DNA of 63,579 bases, counting the filler, from Octopus bimaculoides (lineage: Eukaryota), in assembly GCF_001194135.2 (NCBI RefSeq). It is 7 parts of 6 records of this genome, joined end to end, with 100 filler letters (N's around TTAATTAATTAA, not from the genome) between each part and the next. Parts side by side here need not be neighbours in the genome. Positions count along the whole stretch, not along the records: positions 34,568 to 59,947 come from NC_068987.1; positions 60,048 to 61,510 come from NC_068986.1; 5 more parts are not named here. One strand, written 5' to 3'. The position numbers and the translations under genes are program-made. This document shows positions 48,518 to 60,584 of this stretch, piece by piece (within the stretch, counting starts at the first letter, position 1; each line of letters opens with the position of its first letter). Under the pieces are notes generated by a model. It was not told where the DNA came from. It did not search any database and saw only the letters and a list, made by a program, of their open reading frames with translations.

Positions 48518-49068
48518 ATGGTAGAGACGGACTATATGTAATCTGAACCTTTCCCCCACCCCATATTTATTAATTTTTTTTACGGAATCCCACGTTTTAG
48601 GCTATGGAGATTCCGATTCTGAAAAAAAATTGCTTGAAAAATTTCAATCCCCCCCCAAGCAGGCTATTTACATGCTAGAAATAACAGCCAAATCTCACAA
48701 AACTAGTGTTAGGGTTAGGTTTAGGGTTAGGTTTAGGGTTAGGGTTAGGGTTACGGTCAGGTTTAGGGTTAGGGTTAGGGTTTGAGTTAGGGTTAGGTTT
48801 ACCCTGTGGATCTATATAAAAACCGGGGGNNNNNNNNNNTTAGGGTTAGGTTTAGGGTTAGGGTTAGGGTTTGAGTTAGGGTTAGGTTTACCCTGTGGAT
48901 CTATATAAAAACCGGGGGGGGGGGAATCGAAATTTTGAAATTGAGATTTTTGAAAATTTTTTTTTTCAGAATCGGAATCTCCATAGCCAAAAACGTGGGA
49001 TTCCGTAAAAAAAAAAATAATAAATAAGGGGGAAAAGGTTCAGATTATATATAGTCCATCTGGACCGT
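48518..49068. mobile_element. TA-flanked inverted-repeat element carrying an internal TTAGGG array
   Basis: ~135-bp imperfect TIRs (gacggactatatgtaatctgaacc...tccgattctgaaaa / ttttcagaatcgga...ggttcagattatatatagtccatc), TA at 48516-48517 and 49069-49070, inserted in a GTT microsatellite. Confidence 0.85.
48708..48890 (+). repeat. Interstitial telomere-like (TTAGGG)n with TTAGGT/TTTAGG variants
   Basis: Read directly; part of the block is duplicated across the 10-N gap at 48830-48839. Confidence 0.9.
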
Positions 49069-49306
49069 TATAATTATGGTTATGATTTTTGTTGTTGTTG
49101 TTGTTATTGTTGTTTTTGACTCTGTTGTGTTTTTTTTTTACGGTTTCCGTTATCTTTGTCGATGTTTTCGATAATGATGATGATGTTGATGTTGATGCTG
49201 TCACTATTGTTGTTACTTAACAACAGATCAACTGTGAATGATATGATCCAATGTGCTCCCATCGCGACAGTCTCTTCTTCTCAGGGGTCTGCTCAGCTAG
49301 GATCTA

Positions 49307-49568
49307 TAAAAATAAATAAATGCGCCCTTTTAAAGCCTAGCCAGGCTCGTGGGCCCGGTTTCCTGGTTTCAATGGCGTATGTGTTCCCCAGCTGGACGGG
49401 ACGCCACTACATCGCAGCGTTACTCATTTTTGCCAGCTGGGTAGACTGGAGCAACGTGAAATGAAGTGTTTTGCTCAAGAACACAACGCGTCACCCGGTC
49501 CAGGAATCGAAACCACAGTCTTACGATCATGATGCTGACACACTAACCACTAAGCCACGCGCCTCCAC
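49307..49568 (-). mobile_element. Complete family F SINE with 13-bp target-site duplication
   Basis: TSD cagctaggatcta at 49294-49306 and 49569-49581; A-box TGGCTTAGTGG, B-box GGTTTCGATTCC, and an ATTT tail. Confidence 0.92.
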
Positions 49569-49809
49569 CAGCTAGGATCTACCTGAGGTTAAATAACAAC
49601 AGATGCTATAAAAAAAAAAAAATGAATAAAACATTTATTTTCTATATTTTTTTCTCAAATTTAAACTTTAAACAGCAGTTTTGTGTAACGTTCCAAGTAA
49701 TTAGTAATTTTTAAATTTGATCTCTAGTATGTACTGCAAAAAAAAAAAGAAAAAGAAAAAGAAAACCCTCAAAAATCTGAGTATTACGTGTGCAGAATGT
49801 TATTTGAAA

Positions 49810-50300
49810 ATGATTTAGCTGTTAAATCTTGCAGGGCAAGTGGTCCTTTGGGTCTCTTATTAACTCTTTAGATAACAGAGTACTGTTTGAAGAGGATTTA
49901 GCTGATATGTCTAGCATAGCAAGCGACACCTTAAAAGAAGTCTCATTGACTCGTATATGCTTCCATCTTTCCTTTGATTTTTTTTTCGTTTTAAATAAAA
50001 GTGTGATTTAGGTGTAGGGTCGACTTAGTTACTTAGCAGGGCAAGTAATCTCTTAGAAGGATTCTCATTGGCTCGCATGTTCTTCCATATTAATTTTTCT
50101 TTTACTTAAAAGAAAGTTTTTTTTTTAGGATAATTTAGCTACTATGTCTAGCGACCAGCGACCACGTAGAGGATCTCTCATTAGCTCGTATGTTCTTGCA
50201 TGCATTTAAAAATATTTTTTAAACAATAGAGCGTTATGTGAGAATGATTTAGCTGTTATATCTACGGCCAAGCTTTAGAGGTTTTGTTATTGGACCGTAT
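49810..50300 (+). repeat. Five degenerate tandem copies of the gatttagctg(c/t)tatttctagc module
   Basis: Copies near 49811, 49895, 50022, 50132 and 50246; dispersed single copies near 12713, 16907, 48670 (reverse), 50761, 57263 and 63329. Confidence 0.65.
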
Positions 50301-50850
50301 GCCTTTTCTTGTAATCTGAAGGTAATTTCGGTGTTATTACAGGCAGACCGAGCATCGCTCGATGGGTCGTTTGTTGTTCTTTCATTTAGATGTTGGGAAA
50401 GAAACTAAGAGAAATTTGGCCTTTTGAAAAACACTCTTCTAGTTAGGAGGAAAGGAAGGATCCCTGACCTTTCCCAAAGCCGCCGAGACTTGAAGGACAG
50501 AGACACAAAAGGAGGAAGATATCCTGAAACCTGACACCTGACCTGAATGCCTTGCAACCGAGTTGACCCCATTAAAGACTATCTGATGTCGTAGATGTGG
50601 CTGTTGTTTAGTCTCAAGTTGGCCCTGATCCAGCAGATCTATTATTTAAACGCATTCCAACAGTTGCCACCCGGTACTTTGTGTATATGTTTAGTATCTC
50701 TAAGACTGTATCATCCAGTTCCACCTAACCTTTGTGAAGAACGCAAGGTATTATTTGAGGGTGATTTGGCTGTTGTTTCTAGCATAGAAGCTCCCTCGTT
50801 GGGTTGTTTTAAACGCTTGTAAAAGAAATGAAAACGAAAGCAAATCTGGA

Positions 50851-50903
<53 letters not shown>

Positions 50904-51363
50904 NNNNNNNNNNNNNNNNNNNNNNNNNNNNNNNNNNNNNNNNNNNNNNNNNNNNNNNNNNNNNNNNNNNNNNNNNNNNNNNNNNNNNNNNNNNNNNNNN
51001 NNNNNNNNNNNNNNNNNNNNNNNNNNNNNNNNNNNNNNNNNNNNNNNNNNNNNNNNNNNNNNNNNNNNNNNNNNNNNNNNNNNNNNNNNNNNNNNNNNNN
51101 NNNNNNNNNNNNNNNNNNNNNNNNNNNNNNNNNNNNNNNNNNNNNNNNNNNNNNNNNNNNNNNNNNNNNNNNNNNNNNNNNNNNNNNNNNNNNNNNNNNN
51201 NNNNNNNNNNNNNNNNNNNNNNNNNNNNNNNNNNNNNNNNNNNNNNNNNNNNNNTATATATATGTACATATATAGACATATATATATGTACATATATATA
51301 TATACATATATATATATACATATATATATATACATATATATACATACATACATATCTGTATAC

Positions 51364-51394
<31 letters not shown>

Positions 51395-52325
51395 TACGCA
51401 CACACATACACGTCCACACCCATCTTCCGTTACATTACATAATCAAAAGAAATATGTGACCTAATAGCAACTAAAATGTTAACGAAAAAAGGATAATCTT
51501 TCCTCTTCCTATGTCTGTATGGACAGTATTTGAACAATGTATTTTAGGGTCTCCCTCGGTCAAGGTCGACCATACATCTGTATATGTCATGTGCAGGACT
51601 AGGCAAGAATTTTTTTCCCCTTTGGAGGAGAGGAGACAGGCAGTTTCCTATGAAGAACAAGTCCTCTTTCATTTTTCCTGATACCAAATATTATCCAAAG
51701 GCACTGGTGTCGTCGCAGACGTTGCTATCGAAACTTAGGGCCGAAAGAATTACAAGGTGCAGTAGAAAAAACATCTCATATGTCACACGATCATTACTTT
51801 AGCACTAGTAAGGTTAGACATATAGTAATGGTATCTTCACGCTACTAATACTTCACCATTTCTTTTAATTACATGCATGCCTATCGTGCGTTTGCTGCCG
51901 AAACATTTATCAAGAAGGGTGAATCCGTGTTTTTTGGCCGCAGCCTGTATTACAAGATTTATCGCAAGATCCTTTGATAATTGCGTCAGTCCACATTCCT
52001 GGATTAGTCGTATATCGGACCCGGAAGGATGAAAATCAAGATTGACCTCGGTGGGAATTGAACTCAAAACGCAGATAGTATAACAGAAAAAAACATCGCG
52101 TGGTATTCTAGCCGATACTGTAACGACTAAATTGCCACTATATGGTTTGGGTTATGACTATTATCTGAAGAAGTTTGTGTTACTATGCATTTATGCCTGG
52201 CTTCTATCATAACATCAGCCTTGCAGAACTGAATTCCATTTGTGCAGTATTGGTGTGTAAAGGAGTCTATCTTACAAATACATGTTTCTAAGCATCCAAA
52301 CCTCCAGAATACCTTCCACAGACTA

Positions 52326-52555
52326 TTAACCCATTAAGTCCCACTGTCCTATAAATAGGACACTAAATGAGAACGTTAAATAAGTTATATCACATTGTCT
52401 CAGTGTCCTATTTATAGGACACCGAGTATTTCCATTTCTACTTGAAGTAAAGAAGTTTTAATAATTATTTTTTTCATTTTAACCTGTTTTCAATCATTTG
52501 TAACAATTTAAAAGTAGTATTCAGAAATTTAAGTATCTGGGACTTAAGGGGTTAA
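52326..52555. mobile_element. TTAA-flanked piggyBac-like MITE with two internal palindromes
   Basis: TTAACCCATTAAGTCCCA ... TGGGACTTAAGGGGTTAA; internal gtcctataaataggacac and gtgtcctatttataggacac. Confidence 0.8.
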
Positions 52556-52799
52556 ACTAGTTTACTGTATCGAATATCTTCTTGAAGTCAACAAAGACGT
52601 CATTCAAATGCAGTGTTCTGTCCCACAGGTTTTCCTGGGTTTATCGAAGACACATTGCTATATATATATGACTCTTCTGACCATTAAACTTTTCACATTG
52701 AGTTTCAGATAGAACTTCTATTCTGATTTTCTATTTCTGTCTGTTAAACGATACGGTTGTTATGATCTTCGCCTCTACAGGGTGTAGAGAAAATTCTCA

Positions 52800-53110
52800 A
52801 TAATTCCTCGCTTTCACACTTATCACTCTCCTACCATTTGCAGAGGAAATACAAGGGTTCAGTGAATTCTTGTGACAGTGTGACCACAAAGTTCACCTTC
52901 AAAATTAACATCCGAGAATCTAAAGTTCGTTATTAGCCAAATTCTGACTCGAACCAAGCGGCACATCTTGAACCGATCGCGATCGAAAGACAGAACATTG
53001 TAGAGGCAAGCCACTTTAACCATTTGGGTAAGTACCAATCGTTAATGGACGGTAGGTTCAATACATAATTGGCGGTAGGATGAACAAGGTTAGGTTGGCA
53101 TTCTGAATTG
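52800..53110 (+). mobile_element. Degenerate RTE reverse-transcriptase fragment
   Basis: KFTFKINI..SKV and IAIERQNIVEASHFNHLGKYQSLMDGR, resembling I.I.G..+E.V..F.YLGS.++.DG. Confidence 0.6.
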
Positions 53111-54898
53111 TTGAGAAAATAATAATTTTTCATTAACTAATTTCGTAGTTCATATAGTCTGTATTTACAAAGCATTTTGCTTTTTTTATGTCACCCATTT
53201 CAGCTTCTGATGAATCTGTAACTCTTCCTGTCTGTAACCAATTATTAATTACTTCTAGATATCTTCCTAATGCTCACGTTAACACTAAATTAACTGTGTC
53301 TAATTAGTTTTCAAGGAATGAAACATTTCGAGAAAAAAAAAAAGCTAAAACAAAAAGAGGATAGGGAGAAATTAAGAAAAAAATGTTTATAATTAATCAT
53401 TTATAAACAAATTATGATTTTTTTTGGTGTCATTAACTCCATTACAAGATTTATCGCAAGATCCTTTGATAATTGCGTCAGTCCACATTCCTGGATTAGT
53501 CGTATATCGGACCCGGAAGGATGAAAATCAAGATTGACCTCGGTGGGAATTGAACTCAAAACGCAGATAGTATAACAGAAAAAAACATCGCGTGGTATTC
53601 TAGCCGATACTGTAACATACAGGTCTTATAAAGGGGTTGGGGGTCAACCAGTTCATCGGTTTGGGACCCAAAGCCAAAAAAGCCCTTATATATCTGATGA
53701 CTCCTTCAAAAAAAAAAAAAAAATCGTAGCCCCATTGAATTTTGATAGGATTTTTCTCTTTCACCCCAACTGGACCTGGAAGTAGCCATATTCAACCCTT
53801 GAAACTTCTTTTATGGGCCCTGGACCCACAAGGCTTCAGTTAATCAAGCAAGGAATAGACTGCGTGAAGACAGAAGCACCTAAGTATTTCACGGCCAGAC
53901 GTTATCTAATCCCAGATTAGCCCTGGTCTAGCTGATACATCTATAATAAAAGGGGTTCCAGATAGGAAGTTTGCAAATCCAGTACCCAAAATATACTTCC
54001 TGTTTCATACCTACTCTCATTAGAGCAACAAAATGTGTGCAACACTTATGGTTGAAGTTGGATTCTTGGGGAGAAAAGGCAAATCCTTAATCCGTACATT
54101 ATAAATGATCACAATAAATGGGACGACCTTTTTAAGATTTAAAGGATGATGAATAAAGCAAGATGCTTTCCTTCATAACCTTGTGCCAAGATAGCGGCCG
54201 GTCAAAATTAACTCTAAATTAAAAAGAGAAAAAGAAAGTATACCTACCTACCAACCTACCCATCTCACATTACATTACATTAAATTTCATATCACAGGAA
54301 AAAGTCAGTCCCGATATAAAGATCAAATCACAATTTTTATGCTGTGATCATTAGTTGATTGTTTCATAAAGGTAATATTTATAACTAAAAATATTAATGC
54401 TTAATTCAGAGTGATCTCTTGCTAAAGTCAACTCAAGAACAAGGTGTGTGTGTGTGTATGTGAGGGGTGGGGTCAAAGTAGGAGATGAAGACGGATCAAA
54501 CATCACGAAGTTTCGTCCGACGTTCTCACAGTTCCGTCTATCCATAGCTCTGATCTGGTCCTAATTTTATTTTATCGACTCCGGAAAAGAATGATAGGCA
54601 AGAAAAAAAAAAAAAAAAAGGGGGTAGCCTTGGTCGCATTCGAACTCGGATGGCAAGACAGTTTGTCAAATGCTCAAACGAGTCTGCTACAAGTTTAAGT
54701 CATGTCATCTGGTTCATAAGCATGAGATATAAGGTGAAGTGAGATGGTTTCTACCGGGAATAGAAACTGTATTGTTGTCCTCGATTCGCCATTTAACTTC
54801 ATTATTATTGTTTCGTCCCAAGTCAGCCCTGATCCAGCAGACCTATTATTATAGATGTTCCAGTTACGACCATCCCATCTATTTGTATACACTTTACT

Positions 54899-55195
54899 TT
54901 TTTACTTGTTTCAGTTACGGGACTGCGGCCATCCTGGAGCACCGTATACATACATACATACATAAATACATACATACATACATTCATATGTAGATGACGA
55001 TATATCGGAAGATTCCATACAGTTTCCGTCTACCAAATTCACTCAAAAGGCATTGGTCAGCCGGGTGCAATAGTAAAAAAAAAAAAAGAAAAAAACGGTG
55101 CCCAAAAGGGCACCTACTCTGTATGCCATGCAGAGGGGACTGAACCTGAAACCACTTGGCTGGAAAACAAACTTCTTAACCACACAACCATGCTA
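54899..55195 (-). mobile_element. Family B SINE, internally shortened, with (TACA)n centre
   Basis: The tail end gactgcggccatcctggagcaccg abuts the microsatellite, followed by the head half. Confidence 0.75.
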
Positions 55196-58100
55196 GCGCT
55201 TATCTGAAGNNNNNNNNNNNNNNNNNNNNNNNNNNNNNNNNNNNNNNNNNNNNNNNNNNNNNNNNNNNNNNNNNNNNNNNNNNNNNNNNNNNNNNNNNNN
55301 NNNNNNNNNNNNNNNNNNNNNNNNNNNNNNNNNNNNNNNNNNNNNNNNNNNNNNNNNNNNNNNNNNNNNNNNNNNNNNNNNNNNNNNNNNNNNNNNNNNN
55401 NNNNNNNNNNNNNNNNNNNNNNNNNNNNNNNNNNNNNNNNNNNNNNNNNNNNNNNNNNNNNNNNNNNNNNNNNNNNNNNNNNNNNNNNNNNNNNNNNNNN
55501 NNNNNNNNNNNNNNNNNNNNNNNNNNNNNNNNNNNNNNNNNNNNNNNNNNNNNNNNNNNNNNNNNNNNNNNNNNNNNNNNNNNNNNNNNNNNNNNNNNNN
55601 NNNNNNNNNNNNNNNNNNNNNNNNNNNNNNNNNNNNNNNNNNNNNNNNNNNNNNNNNNNNNNNNNNNNNNNNNNNNNNNNNNNNNNNNNNNNNNNNNNNN
55701 NNNNNNNNNNNNNNNNNNNNNNNNNNNNNNNNNNNNNNNNNNNNNNNNNNNNNNNNNNNNNNNNNNNNNNNNNNNNNNNNNNNNNNNNNNNNNNNNNNNN
55801 NNNNNNNNNNNNNNNNNNNNNNNNNNNNNNNNNNNNNNNNNNNNNNNNNNNNNNNNNNNNNNNNNNNNNNNNNNNNNNNNNNNNNNNNNNNNNNNNNNNN
55901 NNNNNNNNNNNNNNNNNNNNNNNNNNNNNNNNNNNNNNNNNNNNNNNNNNNNNNNNNNNNNNNNNNNNNNNNNNNNNNNNNNNNNNNNNNNNNNNNNNNN
56001 NNNNNNNNNNNNNNNNNNNNNNNNNNNNNNNNNNNNNNNNNNNNNNNNNNNNNNNNNNNNNNNNNNNNNNNNNNNNNNNNNNNNNNNNNNNNNNNNNNNN
56101 NNNNNNNNNNNNNNNNNNNNNNNNNNNNNNNNNNNNNNNNNNNNNNNNNNNNNNNNNNNNNNNNNNNNNNNNNNNNNNNNNNNNNNNNNNNNNNNNNNNN
56201 NNNNNNGTGGTGACGGTTGTTGTAGTAAAAATGACGGTGATGGCGATGGTAGTAATGGTGGTGGTGGTGGTAGTCCAGGTGGTGGTGGTGGCGTTGGTAG
56301 CTGCAGTTATTTTCGTTCTGACTACAACTTTGGGAATTCATAATAATCCTTATGATGTTGTTGTGGTTGTTGTTGATGACGATGATAATAATGGTGACGA
56401 TGACGACGATGACGACGACAATGATGATAATGATGGCGGTGGAGATGATGATGATTGTTACAAACGTAATGGTGGTAAGAAGTAACGGTAATAGAGGTGT
56501 TGGCTCTAACAATCATAGTAGCCATAGTCATAGTGGTGGTGTCCATGTTGATAGTAGTGATAGTAGTTATGTAGCAATTATAGTCATGGTGGTGATAGTA
56601 TAGTAACAATAGTCATGGAAGTAGTGGCGGTGATATCAATGTGTTAATGATGGTGGTGACGGTATGTTTATTGTTGTTGCTGCTGTAACTGTTGTTCTTG
56701 CTGAAGTTGTTGAGGAATGTCGTCAACCCATTCCGAAATGCACGCACACACGTGCACACACGCACACACACACGCACGCACGCAACACGCATAAGGTGTC
56801 GAAACCGCAAAAATCCATAGTAAGATAGCGTCTGAGGGGTATTTTTCTTTCGTTTATTTCGTCTATGTTTTCTCATCATTTGTGCCTTATTTCATACATT
56901 TATGAAATCGACACACAATGTATGCTTTTGCACAGCAACTCTTTTTTACTACAAAAATAACCTCGAAAACGAGGTCGGGTCGCTCAATTTTGAGGTCTTT
57001 AGATCAATTCTACCTGAACAATATGCTTTCCATAGAGTATAATGAGAAAATGTTTAAAATACTTGGAGTTTTGGCAGGGAATGAAACTTCGAAGATATAC
57101 CGTCAACTTCATTTGTATTATTTAATGCATAATCTTTTAATGTGAAATATGTTTGTCTGTGTTTTGTGTAGCCCAGAGTTGCCTCTGATGTAGCAAACCC
57201 ATCGCATAGTTTTTTTGTAAATCTGTGTCTTTTTTTTTATGAAAGGGTGTGTTTTAAGAGAGATATGGCTGCAATTTCTAGTGGCTCAAGTTACCACAGA
57301 GACACCTGTGTGTGTGTGTGTGTGTGTTTTGTTGTGGTGAAAAAATACTTTTTCCCAAAATATTTTGCACAATAATTTTCTTAAGAAATCTGGAAATCTT
57401 TCTTACAGCTAACCATTCAACTTGAAATTACAATTGTTAATTGTTGGAAGTCAATTAGACTGAGATGTACACATAGTGCTTTCGTATACAGTGGATGCTC
57501 AATACGAAGCTTTGTACTCATTATCTTGTGGTTTGTAATCCATTACCTTAAATTTGATGCTATTAAGTATTTAAACATTATTTTACTGGGTTTAATCTTT
57601 TGACTGTCGCCATGATGGGGTATCACCTTCAAACATTTAATTGATCACACTGACCTCAGTATGTATTTCAATCTGGCATTTATTTTATAGATCGCTGCTT
57701 GATGAACTGCTAACTTTGAGATATAGTGGGGCACAATACTTGATTTAACAACAAATCTACACACACACATATTTCACACACACACACACACACACATATT
57801 AGGTGCCAGNNNNNNNNNNNNNNNNNNNNNNNNNNNNNNNNNNNNNNNNNNNNNNNNNNNNNNNNNNNNNNNNNNNNNNNNNNNNNNNNNNNNNNNNCCA
57901 GAATGACTGTGTGGTTGAGAAGTTTACTTCCCAACCACATGGTACCAAGTTCAGTCCCTCTACATGGTACCGTGGGAAAGTGTTTTCTACTATAACCCTA
58001 GGCCAACCACAGACTTGTGACTGAATTTGGTAGACAGAAACTGCAGCGTTGTTCATCAGAAAATGACCGAAAATACGTTTATAAAGAAGAGTTGTTTGCT

Positions 58101-58232
58101 TCATACTCCTCCTGTGTCGATTCTACCAATACAAAAGGAACAAATAATACACTGTGGCCGGAGTGCATTGCTAGTGTGTGTATATATATATCTATATAGC
58201 TGTATACACACTAGTACACAAACGCACGTATA

Positions 58233-58454
58233 CAGGGCTGGCCCAAAGTCACCTGACAGTAAATCAAAACCACTTAATTCCAAGATTAAAACAAAAAAAT
58301 ATTTCATGCTAAAAAAAATTTTTTTAAATGGTGATTTTAACTCACAGCATTCAATTTTTAGACATTCATAATTGGAATGAAATGAATAAATAAAATTGAA
58401 TATTAAGTATTTATGGAAATTTAATTTACTGTCGGGTGACTTTTGGCCACCCTG
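58233..58454. mobile_element. Tc1/mariner-type MITE, 75 bp from the exon A donor
   Basis: TIRs cagggctggcccaaagtcacctgacagtaaat / atttactgtcgggtgacttttggccaccctg, with TA on both sides. Confidence 0.9.
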
Positions 58455-58529
58455 TATATATAATATATAGTACATATATGAAATATCAATACGTAAGCCC
58501 GATGAGCTAAGAGGAAACGAATGACTTAC

Positions 58530-58640
58530 CAAGAACTCCAGGTGGACAGGGTTGAATGTCGTGATGCCCAACCTGTGTACCAAACCATAAGATGCCACTG
58601 CCATTGATGGTGTCAACTTCTTCAGAACAATGTAATGTAT
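58530..58640 (-). CDS. Adhesion GPCR coding exon A: N-terminal half of hormone-receptor (HRM) domain
   Basis: Minus strand: acceptor ttactattttcag, 111-nt open exon, donor G|gtaagt, phase 1 to phase 1. Translates (x)TLHCSEEVDTINGSGILWFGTQVGHHDIQPCPPGVL(G), matching the HRM pattern C..GxxWxxT.xG....CP.G. Confidence 0.88.
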
Positions 58641-58731
58641 CTGAAAATAGTAAAAATATTTGCAATATAATATGAGTTATCAACGAACAATATTCAGCTC
58701 AAAAGTTTTTCAGTCAGATTTTTTTTTACTT

Positions 58732-59160
58732 TTACTTGTTCCAATCATTGGGCTGCGGTCATGCTGGGGCAGCGTCTTGGGGGTGTTTTTAGTCGAACAA
58801 ATCGCCCCCAGTACTTGTTTTTTTTAAAGTCGGGTATTTATTCTATCGAACTCTTTTGTTGAACCGCTATATTACAGGAGCGTAAACAAACCAACATCGG
58901 TTGTGAGTGGAAAACACACTGAGACATATAAACACAGAGGCACACATACACAGTCTCTAACTGTCCCTCTCTCTGTGCCTCTCTCTCTCTCTCTCACACA
59001 CACACATACACACACACACACACACATACACACACACACACATCTTTCATACAATTTCCGACTACCAAATCTCCTCACAAGGCATTGGACGGCCCGGGAC
59101 TATAGTAGAAGACACTTGCTCAAGGTACAGCGACATGGGACTTAACCACACATCTCATAC
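58732..59160 (-). mobile_element. Family B SINE with (CA)/(CT) centre, just upstream of the exon A acceptor
   Basis: Both halves are recognisable; a further 3' half lies on the + strand at 59230-59466. Confidence 0.8.
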
Positions 59161-60375
59161 TTACGCCTATCAATGTCTAATTTTAAAAAATTCTTTATGT
59201 GTACCTATGTGTATGTGTGTGGGTATATGTATATATGTGTGAGTGTGTGTGTATATATACATATATGTGTGTGTCTTTGTGTCTGTATTTGTCTCCCTCC
59301 GTTTGACAATCGGTGTTGGCGTGTTAGCGGTTCGGCAAGAGAGACCGATAGAATAAGTACTAGGCTTTAAAAATTAAGTCCTGGGGCCGATTTGTTCGAC
59401 TAAAACCCTTGAAGGCGGTACCCCAGCATGGCGCAATCAAATGACTGAAACAAGTAAAGATAAAAGATGTATGTGTGTGTGTGTGTGTGTGTGTGCTAAC
59501 GTGAATGATGTTAAATGGTGGTTGTATTAAAACCGGTAAACTGCAAAATTAATAGATAAATAAATAAATAAATAAATAAATAACAGAAATAAAATGAAAA
59601 ACAAAAAAAAGCCTTACAAAACATTAGGATCTTTCATATCTTTGCAAATGCTCCTGCAGAGATTTAATGCTAATAACATCTGTGTTATTTTAAATAATGT
59701 TTCTTCTTATCTAATTATATTTAGAATTAAATAACAACAACAACAACAACAACAACAAGAACAACAAAAACAACAACAACAACAAAGGCAACAGCAACAA
59801 CAACACCGGCAACCACCAGCATAACAAAAGTAACATCAGAAACAACAACAACAACTGTAATTAATGAATGGTTTGGCATTAGGCGTTCAGGAGTAATTTG
59901 AACGTGGTCCAAGGAACCACGATTTGTCTTAACAATGAATTATGTTANNNNNNNNNNNNNNNNNNNNNNNNNNNNNNNNNNNNNNNNNNNNTTAATTAAT
60001 TAANNNNNNNNNNNNNNNNNNNNNNNNNNNNNNNNNNNNNNNNNNNNTGAAGGTGGAGGAAAAGCTGATGGTAGTGTTGATGGTGTGTAGTGGTGGATAG
60101 GTTGGTATTGCTGTTGATTGTCAGATGGAGGTGGTAGGTGGTGGTGGTGGTGGTGGTGGTGACGTTATTGCTGTTATTGGTAGTAGTAGTAGTAGTAGTA
60201 GTAGTGTTGGTGGAAGTGGTAACAATATTTATAGTAGCACTATTACTGCCGTGCAGGCATGTGGCTTAGTGCTGAGGGTGTTGGACTCATGATCGCAAAA
60301 TTGCAGTTTCGATTCCTGAACCGACCGATTTGTTGAGTTCTTCAGCAGAACACTTAATTTCACGTTGCTCTAATT

Positions 60376-60584
60376 CAGGGGTCGGTGAACCGGGGCAAAT
60401 TACCTCAGGTGTAGTAAAAATGAAATTCTTGACGGCAATGAGGACTCATTAGACATAAGCAAAATTATACGAAATACGCGTTTCTTGTTATCTATGATGT
60501 TCTTCCTTTCGAATCAAGGTGATTAACGTCAGCGTAAATAAATATATTTTGGGGTAATTGGTTAAAAAAGTTCCTCAACCCCTT
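60376..60584. mobile_element. hAT-like MITE inserted inside a family F SINE
   Basis: Termini caggggtcggtgaac / gttcctcaacccctt; 8-bp flanks ctctaatt / atctaatc. The host SINE resumes at ccactcagc. Confidence 0.6.

Larger units (their letters stand above)
51949..53616 (+). repeat. Identical 176-bp direct repeat (51949-52124 and 53441-53616)
   Basis: Base-for-base identical by eye, with no N gap between the copies; contains a diverged SINE D fragment. Confidence 0.9.

Noticed and set aside
48708-48890. True chromosome end or fusion scar
   Set aside because: The array is short, single-orientation, degenerate and enclosed by TIRs with a TA duplication.
48766-48920. Tandem duplication inside the TTAGGG element
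   Set aside because: The two copies abut a 10-N gap at a poly-G run, so this is likely an assembly overlap.
49490-49568. tRNA genes (also 62262-62335, 7878-7950, 5950-6023)
   Set aside because: These are tRNA-like A/B boxes that continue into SINE bodies; no complete cloverleaf acceptor stem is evident.
952-57940. Long ORFs in the track made of X runs or YIYI/CVCV/HTHT/poly-N,D,S,Y,V
   Set aside because: They span N gaps or translate di- and trinucleotide microsatellites; there is no coding signal.
58101-58616. 171-aa minus-strand ORF overlapping exon A
   Set aside because: It is the wrong frame over the exon and then reads through a MITE and microsatellite.
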